A stretch of 64,000 nt of DNA from Bacilli bacterium (lineage in GTDB: Bacteria > Bacillota_I > Bacilli_A > RFN20 > CAG-826). Below the pieces are notes generated by a model. That model searched no databases. It was not told the origin of the DNA and was given only the letters and a program-made list of their open reading frames with translations. The stretch is taken from assembly GCA_050952725.1 (NCBI GenBank), contig JBMNLN010000001.1, positions 578,454-642,453 of the forward strand, written 5' to 3'. Both the position numbers and the translations under genes were made by a program. Below are positions 58,229 through 64,000 of this stretch, piece after piece. Positions within the stretch are counted from its first letter, which is position 1; each line of letters starts with the position of its first letter.

Positions 58229-58390
58229 GTCTGTATGTATAAAATAGATACAAGATTAAAAATTGTTTTTTGATAACTTCCTTTACTTATTTAGAATCAG
58301 AATGACAAAAAATACAATTAATTTAAACTTGATCTGTAACAACAAACCATTAAACCATTAAACAGATTATAAAAAACAAAAGCTAAATTA

Positions 58391-58533
58391 AGGCGGTTTT
58401 ACATTGTTTCCATCATTATTTTCACTTCTTTTTTATCGGCTTTCTTAAATATAGTTGCCTTTTAGGAAAATTGGAACCATCTAAATATACTTTTATACGA
58501 AAGTGATACTTGAAATTAATGTCAAAACCGCCT
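58391..58533. repeat. Imperfect inverted repeat pair bounding a ~112-bp non-coding segment
   Basis: AGGCGGTTTTACATT (58391-58405) versus reverse complement of 58518-58533, AGGCGGTTTTGACATT: identical except for a 1-nt indel. Confidence 0.7.
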
Positions 58534-58658
58534 AAGAGCATTACTAATGTATTACTGCTTACTACGCTATTATTCAATTGCTATGCAAGAAAAAACAAGG
58601 TAATATATCTTGTGGACTACACATCCAAAAAACTTGATTGGTTACGGGGGAAATGCTC

Positions 58659-59075
58659 ATGAAAAAATACAAAATCGGTTACACAAGCGGAGTGTTTGAT
58701 TTATTCCATATTGGACATCTCAATATTCTTAAAAGAGCTAAAGAACAATGCGAATATTTAATTGTGGCAGTTTCGACTGACGAAGTGGTGGAAGGATATA
58801 AACACCGTACCCCAGTAATCCCTTTTGAAGAACGCATTCAAATCGTGGAAGCGATTAAATACGTAGATAAAGTTGTTCCCCAAACGTCAATGGATAAATT
58901 GGCCGCATGGAAAATTTATCATTTTGATGCTATTTTTCATGGCGATGACTGGAAAGGTTCATCGATGTATAACGAAATTGAAGAAAAGTTAGCTAAACAT
59001 GGAGTAGACATGGTGTTTTTAAAACATACACCTGACATATCTTCAACTGAATTGCGTAAGAAAACCGGAAGATAG
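58659..59075 (+). CDS. Glycerol-3-phosphate cytidylyltransferase (TagD-like)
   Basis: Start ATG 58659. GYTSGVFDLFHIGHLNILKRAK (HxGH), HGDDWKG, ISSTELR. Confidence 0.88.
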   Translation: MKKYKIGYTSGVFDLFHIGHLNILKRAKEQCEYLIVAVSTDEVVEGYKHRTPVIPFEERIQIVEAIKYVDKVVPQTSMDKLAAWKIYHFDAIFHGDDWKGSSMYNEIEEKLAKHGVDMVFLKHTPDISSTELRKKTGR

Positions 59076-59078
59076 TTT

Positions 59079-59906
59079 ATGAAAAAAGAAGAACTTCGGG
59101 CGTTTCAATTAACCCAACTTATTTTGCTTGATGAAATTGAAAAGATTTGTAAGGAACAGAATTTAACGTATTATATCATCGCTGGAACGCTTTTAGGCGC
59201 GGTACGACATGGTGGATTTATTCCTTGGGATTATGACTTGGATATTGCTATGCCGCGTCCTGATTATCAAAAACTAAAGGAATATTTTTTAAAAAATCCT
59301 TCAGATGAGTTTTTTTATGAAGATTACGATACCGAAAAGTATCACAATTCTACGCATGCAGTTATTCGTTTAAAAAATACTTATTTATCTGTCAAAAGAC
59401 TAACTAATGTGGAAAAGAAAAGGAAGCATAATGGCTGTTTTTTAGATGTTTTTCCATTAGATAAAGCTCCAAATGATGAACGACGGCAAAATAAGCAAAT
59501 TAAAAAGCTCAATCGTGTCAAAAAACTTTTATATTACAAGGAAGGCCAGGTCTTTGATGATGCAAAACGCCTCCGAAATTTCTTAAAGAAAATAGTTTCA
59601 TTTATCTTAAGGGGATATTCATATAAAACTCTTGGAAAGAGACTAGAAAAAATACAAACTAAACATAACTATGAAGATTCAAAATATTTAGTCAGTATGT
59701 CCAGTCGTTATCGTTATAAAAAACAATTAATGGCAAAGGAAATCTATGGTGTTCCGAGCCGAATCTTTTTTGAAGGCAAAGAATACAATGCTCCCCAAGA
59801 AGTTATCGCCTATCTTCGGCAACTTTATGGTGACTATATGAAACTCCCTCCAGTTGAAAAACGCTTTGAAGGCATTGAGGAAATCACATTTACGGACAAT
59901 AGATAG
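59079..59906 (+). CDS. LicD family phosphotransferase
   Basis: AGTLLGAVRHGGFIPWDYDLDIAMPRPDY, LDVFPLD, YGDYMKLPP. Confidence 0.92.
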   Translation: MKKEELRAFQLTQLILLDEIEKICKEQNLTYYIIAGTLLGAVRHGGFIPWDYDLDIAMPRPDYQKLKEYFLKNPSDEFFYEDYDTEKYHNSTHAVIRLKNTYLSVKRLTNVEKKRKHNGCFLDVFPLDKAPNDERRQNKQIKKLNRVKKLLYYKEGQVFDDAKRLRNFLKKIVSFILRGYSYKTLGKRLEKIQTKHNYEDSKYLVSMSSRYRYKKQLMAKEIYGVPSRIFFEGKEYNAPQEVIAYLRQLYGDYMKLPPVEKRFEGIEEITFTDNR

Positions 59907-59911
59907 AAGCT

Positions 59912-61453
59912 ATGAAGGAAAACCAACTTTTTAAATCAAAAGAAACCCTGAAAAAAAACGTTGTTCTAAACACTGTTTTTCGGATTTTGATGATTATCGC
60001 TCCTTTTTTAACCGCGCCTTATGTTTCGCGGGTTTTGATGAGCGATGGAGTAGGTGTTTATAGTTATACGCAAAGTTTGGTTACCTATTTTACTATGTTT
60101 GCTGCCCTTGGCACAATCTCATATGGAAGCCGAGAAATCGCAAGAAGAAGAGAGAATAAAGAACAATATTCAAAAGCATTCTGGGAAATTGAGCTGATTG
60201 CTGTTATTTGCTCTGGTTTAAGTTTGATTGCTTGGATTGCACTGTCATTTTTATATACAGAATATAAAGTTTATCTGTTAATTTTGACGTTTTGCATTTT
60301 AGCGACAACGATGGATATTAGTTGGTTCTATGCAGGGCTTGAAGAATATAAATATACGATAAGTGTTAATTTAATTTTCAAAATTTTAAGTGTTATCAGT
60401 ATTTTCTTGTTTGTTAAAAGTCCAGATGATGTCTGGATTTACGTTTTAATAAATTCAATTTCTTTATTTGCTGGTAACGCATCAATGTGGCTTTTTTTAC
60501 CCAAATTTTTAGTTAAAACTAGAATTGAAAAAAAGAGTCTTAAGTATCACTTTAAAGAAACATTTGTTTATTTTATTCCAACTATTGCCACCTCGCTTTA
60601 TACCGTGATTGACAAGACATTAATTGGCGCTTTGATTCAAGGAGAAACTACGGTTGTAATTAATGGAGTTGAAACAGTGAAAAAAACCGCGGAAATAGAA
60701 AGCGGATATTATGAACAAGCGACAAAGATTATCGACATGGTGAAAGTGGTGACCTTTGTAAGCATTAATAGTGTCCTTTATTCGCGTGCTAGTTATCTCT
60801 ATAAAATCAAAGATTATGGAACGATTAAAAAAATGACCTTACAGGCGTTTCAAATCGTGACTTTTCTCACGGTTGGGGCTGCTTTTGGTTTAATTGGCAT
60901 CGCTAGCACATTTGTGCCCTTATTTTTTGGGGCAGGATACGAAAAGACGATTTTACTTTTACAAATATTAGCATCCTTAGCTCCTGTTGTTTGCGTTAGC
61001 GGCACGCTCGGATCCTTATATTACAGTCCAGTTGGAAAACGAAAGCAGTCGTCAATCTATTTAATTATTGGAGCAATTGTAAACCTTGTCCTTAGCGCTC
61101 CTTTAGTTTTGATTTTAAAATCCGTTGGAGCGGCAATCGCTTCAATTGCTGCTGAATTAGTTATCGTTGTTTTATATGTTTATTATTGTAATAACGCCAT
61201 TACTTTAAAAGAACTCTTCAGAACATTTTGGAAAAAAGTCATCAGTGGCGGAGCCATGTTGGGAGTCCTTATTTTATTTAATTTTTTCGTAAAAACACAT
61301 TTTTCTAATGCCCTTCTCTTTTTATTTGTTTCAGTAATTGCAGGGTTTGCGATATACGTGCTGATGTTGATGATTTTAAAAGATGATTCAATAAGATTAA
61401 TCCCCAAAATACTCAGAAGAACAAAAGATAACGATTATGAAGCCAAAGTTTGA
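59912..61453 (+). CDS. Polysaccharide flippase (Wzx/RfbX family)
   Basis: 'LKKNVVLN...TAPYVSRVL...GVGVYSY', 'MDISWFYAGLEEYK', 'GYYEQATKII'; ~14 TM segments. Confidence 0.92.
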   Translation: MKENQLFKSKETLKKNVVLNTVFRILMIIAPFLTAPYVSRVLMSDGVGVYSYTQSLVTYFTMFAALGTISYGSREIARRRENKEQYSKAFWEIELIAVICSGLSLIAWIALSFLYTEYKVYLLILTFCILATTMDISWFYAGLEEYKYTISVNLIFKILSVISIFLFVKSPDDVWIYVLINSISLFAGNASMWLFLPKFLVKTRIEKKSLKYHFKETFVYFIPTIATSLYTVIDKTLIGALIQGETTVVINGVETVKKTAEIESGYYEQATKIIDMVKVVTFVSINSVLYSRASYLYKIKDYGTIKKMTLQAFQIVTFLTVGAAFGLIGIASTFVPLFFGAGYEKTILLLQILASLAPVVCVSGTLGSLYYSPVGKRKQSSIYLIIGAIVNLVLSAPLVLILKSVGAAIASIAAELVIVVLYVYYCNNAITLKELFRTFWKKVISGGAMLGVLILFNFFVKTHFSNALLFLFVSVIAGFAIYVLMLMILKDDSIRLIPKILRRTKDNDYEAKV

Positions 61454-62672
61454 TCAAACAATTAATAATATTCAATTTTGCACTGGCTGTGGTCTATGCG
61501 CTCATCTTTGTCCTAAAGATGCGATTAAAATCATTGAAGATCCCAGGCGGAGACATTTTCTTTTTCCGGTGATTGATAAGGAAAAATGCATCAATTGCGG
61601 ACTTTGTTTTCAAGGTTGTCCAGTGCATAAAGAAAAAAAACTAGACTTAGACACAAAAGTTTATCATTTTCGCCATGAGGATAAAAACAAATTGAAAGAG
61701 TCTTCATCTGGTGGTGCTTTTCAAAAAATTGCAGAGATTTTTTTAACTAAAGAAAATGTTGCGGTTTATGGCGCAGCTTGGTCTGGATTAAAGGTTCAGC
61801 ATCAAAGAATTACTAGTCTTGATGATCTGTCCCTCTTACTAGGTTCAAAATATATCCAGTCCTTGGTTGATAAAAATATTTATACATCAATCAAACAGGA
61901 TGTAAAAGATGGAAAGGAAGTGCTATTTTCTGGCACCCCTTGTCAAGTTGCCGCAGTACACGCTTTACTAAATGAACAAGAAAGAGAAAAAGTGTTATTA
62001 ATCGAATTGCTCTGTCATGGTGTTCCCAATCAATGGGGATTTGATCGATGTATAGAACAGGAAAATAAAGTCATTAAAGGCGAGATAATATCTTTTGATT
62101 TTCGACATAAGACAGCATATGAAAAAGATAATAGGCAGTTTAGTTATGTTTATCAAAAAGAAAATAAAAATTATGAAGTAGTAGGACAATATTTCTTTTT
62201 CCCTTATTATTATTTTTTCCATTCTTATTCCATTTACCGCGATTCTTGTTACCAATGTAATTTTCGAAACAATAGATTGGGTGATATTATTATTGGTGAT
62301 TTTTGGGGAGCATCCAAACTTGATAAAACCTTACCAAATGATTGGGATCGATCCATCATGATTCCCCTAACTTTTAAAGGTGAGGACATTGTGCATTCAA
62401 TAGGAACTAAAAAAGATATTCCGGTTGCTGATATTAGCATATATAATGAGTCATTATTATTTGATAGTAAAAAAGATAGTGGTTTTGTAGATTTTTATGA
62501 AAAAATTGAGAATCTTAAATATTATAAAAAAAAGCGAATCAATCCACATTATTTAAAATTCAAAATCATATTGCGAAACACCGTTAAATTCTGCATTAAT
62601 CTTTTCTTGCCGAAAAAACAAAAAAAGAACTACACAAAAATTGTCCATTTTAAAAATAAGATTCCTAACTGA
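61437..62672 (+). CDS. FrhB/FdhB-like (F420 hydrogenase beta-subunit family) protein with N-terminal 2x[4Fe-4S] ferredoxin
   Basis: CTGCGLCAHLCP, CINCGLCFQGCP, SSSGGAF, GSKYIQS, FSGTPCQV, CHGVP, RDSCYQC, DIIIGDFWG. Confidence 0.88.
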   Translation: MKPKFDQTINNIQFCTGCGLCAHLCPKDAIKIIEDPRRRHFLFPVIDKEKCINCGLCFQGCPVHKEKKLDLDTKVYHFRHEDKNKLKESSSGGAFQKIAEIFLTKENVAVYGAAWSGLKVQHQRITSLDDLSLLLGSKYIQSLVDKNIYTSIKQDVKDGKEVLFSGTPCQVAAVHALLNEQEREKVLLIELLCHGVPNQWGFDRCIEQENKVIKGEIISFDFRHKTAYEKDNRQFSYVYQKENKNYEVVGQYFFFPYYYFFHSYSIYRDSCYQCNFRNNRLGDIIIGDFWGASKLDKTLPNDWDRSIMIPLTFKGEDIVHSIGTKKDIPVADISIYNESLLFDSKKDSGFVDFYEKIENLKYYKKKRINPHYLKFKIILRNTVKFCINLFLPKKQKKNYTKIVHFKNKIPN

Positions 62673-62818
62673 TGGAGACAATTAAATCTTGACTCTTATT
62701 TTTGATGAGACAAGTTTTTTAAAAATGAGTATATTAATGATAATGATAAAAAAACTTTTTTGTTATAAAATTGCTTTTGAAGACTACAGGACTCTTTAAA
62801 GAAAAAGAGGTAAAAAAA

Positions 62819-63943
62819 ATGGAAAAAATGAAGATTTTAGAAGTTATCAGTTCATTAGCACCAACCGGAGGGGGAGAAACATTCGCGGTTAATTTGTCGC
62901 GTGAATTATCTTCTCAAATTAATCTTAAAGTGGTGATTTTATACCAAAAAAATCGCGATTTTTTTATTGAACGTCTTAAAGAGAAAAAGATTGAGCCAAT
63001 AATCTTAAATAAAAAAGGGCATGTTGATTTAAAAAACACAAGGGATTTGCGCAAAATCATTGATGATTTCGCCCCAGATATTATTCACACTGAGAATAAC
63101 GCGCTAATTTCAACTTTTTTAGCCTTAAGAAAAACGAAGCACCGAAGGAAATTACATGTTTTTCATACAATGCACTTGATTCCAGAGGAAGAATGCAAAC
63201 ATCCCTTGGTTAGAATGATGTATAAGTATATTTTTCGGAAAAAAAACTATGTACCCGTAGCGATTACGAAACGCTTAGCAGAAATATCATCTAAATTTTA
63301 TCGAAGATCATTTGTTCCATTCGTTAACAATGGCGTAGAATTATCCCCGTTTAATAATCATATCAAGCTGGAAAAACGCGAATATGATATCGTGGTAGTC
63401 GGAAGATTTTCTGTGGAAAAAAATCATAAATTTCTCATTCCGGCTTTTGCAAAATTAAAAGAAAGCATTCCCAATTTAAAAGTAGCTTTAGTTGGTGATG
63501 GTGAAATGTTCAACGAAGCGCTCGCTTTAGCCAAGGCTTTAAAAACAACCGAATATATGGAATTTAAGGGAATTTTGAATAATCCAGCCGAAGTAGTTAA
63601 TGACGCTAAAGTAATCGCGCTTGGTTCTTTGTTTGAGGCAAACCCTCTATCTTTAATTGAAGGAATGTCATCAGGTTGTATTGTGGTCTCAAGTGATGTC
63701 GGGGGGGTGGCAGATATTATTCAAGAAGGCAAAAATGGTTTTCTTTTCCCTGTTAATGAAGAGGAGAAATTTATTGCCATCCTAAAGAAAGTTCTTAAAA
63801 ATATCAGTAATTACGAAACGATGAGTTCTTATAATCGAAAATATTCTCAGCAATTTTCTATGAAAAAGTGCGCAAATGATTATATTGAATTGTTTAGGAA
63901 TTACGAAAAAAACATTGCAAAACCCAGGCAAAAGTTAGGGTAA
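62819..63943 (+). CDS. Glycosyltransferase family 4 (GT-B)
   Basis: Start ATG 62819. GGGE, DIIHT, VGRFSVEKNH, EANPLSLIEGMSSG, SDVGG. Confidence 0.92.
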   Translation: MEKMKILEVISSLAPTGGGETFAVNLSRELSSQINLKVVILYQKNRDFFIERLKEKKIEPIILNKKGHVDLKNTRDLRKIIDDFAPDIIHTENNALISTFLALRKTKHRRKLHVFHTMHLIPEEECKHPLVRMMYKYIFRKKNYVPVAITKRLAEISSKFYRRSFVPFVNNGVELSPFNNHIKLEKREYDIVVVGRFSVEKNHKFLIPAFAKLKESIPNLKVALVGDGEMFNEALALAKALKTTEYMEFKGILNNPAEVVNDAKVIALGSLFEANPLSLIEGMSSGCIVVSSDVGGVADIIQEGKNGFLFPVNEEEKFIAILKKVLKNISNYETMSSYNRKYSQQFSMKKCANDYIELFRNYEKNIAKPRQKLG

Positions 63944-64000
63944 TTATTTTTTTGAAAAAACTTCTATAATAATTAAAAACTATCAGCGTTTACCAGCAAA

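Noticed and set aside
58344-58363. AAACCATT x2.5 tandem repeat
   Set aside because: Too short and low-complexity; no spacers, so not a CRISPR array or a convincing contingency repeat.
61437-62672. Genuine F420 hydrogenase or methanogen contamination
   Set aside because: There are no hydrogenase subunits; the gene is embedded among Wzx, LicD and GT4 genes, a known context for this family.

Overview
64 kb window of a low-GC monoderm bacterial chromosome, translation table 11. The Mollicutes-like ABC-ATPase insertions and many lipoproteins suggest an uncultured Bacilli/Erysipelotrichales-like lineage; this is inference. (1) 1-21.4 kb is a carbohydrate-utilisation locus. A 5'-truncated DeoR regulator and a D-lyxose/D-mannose isomerase are followed by an apparent 13-gene, ~18.8 kb operon (1550-20390): two Ig-domain lipoproteins, three GH43 lipoproteins, a GH38 alpha-mannosidase, a complete sugar ABC importer, a cytoplasmic GH43, a secreted protein and an SGNH esterase lipoprotein. 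A convergent LacI repressor closes it, and a perfect 20-bp operator overlaps the operon promoter. Three surface proteins share a C-terminal beta-rich domain I cannot assign to a known family; this is the strongest novelty candidate. (2) 21.5-58 kb is mostly housekeeping: six tRNAs, two PHP phosphatases, Sir2, class III RNR nrdD/nrdG, galE plus a partial surface-polysaccharide cluster, two GH13s, smpB, folC/folT, ECF module, truA, yebC, LicD, a surface nuclease, rplM-rpsI and MATE. It contains two unusual fusions (trehalase relic-TIM barrel; CBS-nitroreductase) and a 55-codon ORF absent from the ORF track. (3) 58.6-64 kb is the start of an AT-richer polysaccharide locus (TagD-like, LicD, Wzx, FrhB-like, GT4) after a tRNA cluster, preceded by a non-coding segment bounded by inverted repeats. 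No transposase, integrase, rRNA or CRISPR array was seen. All assignments are from motif reading by eye; no searches were run.
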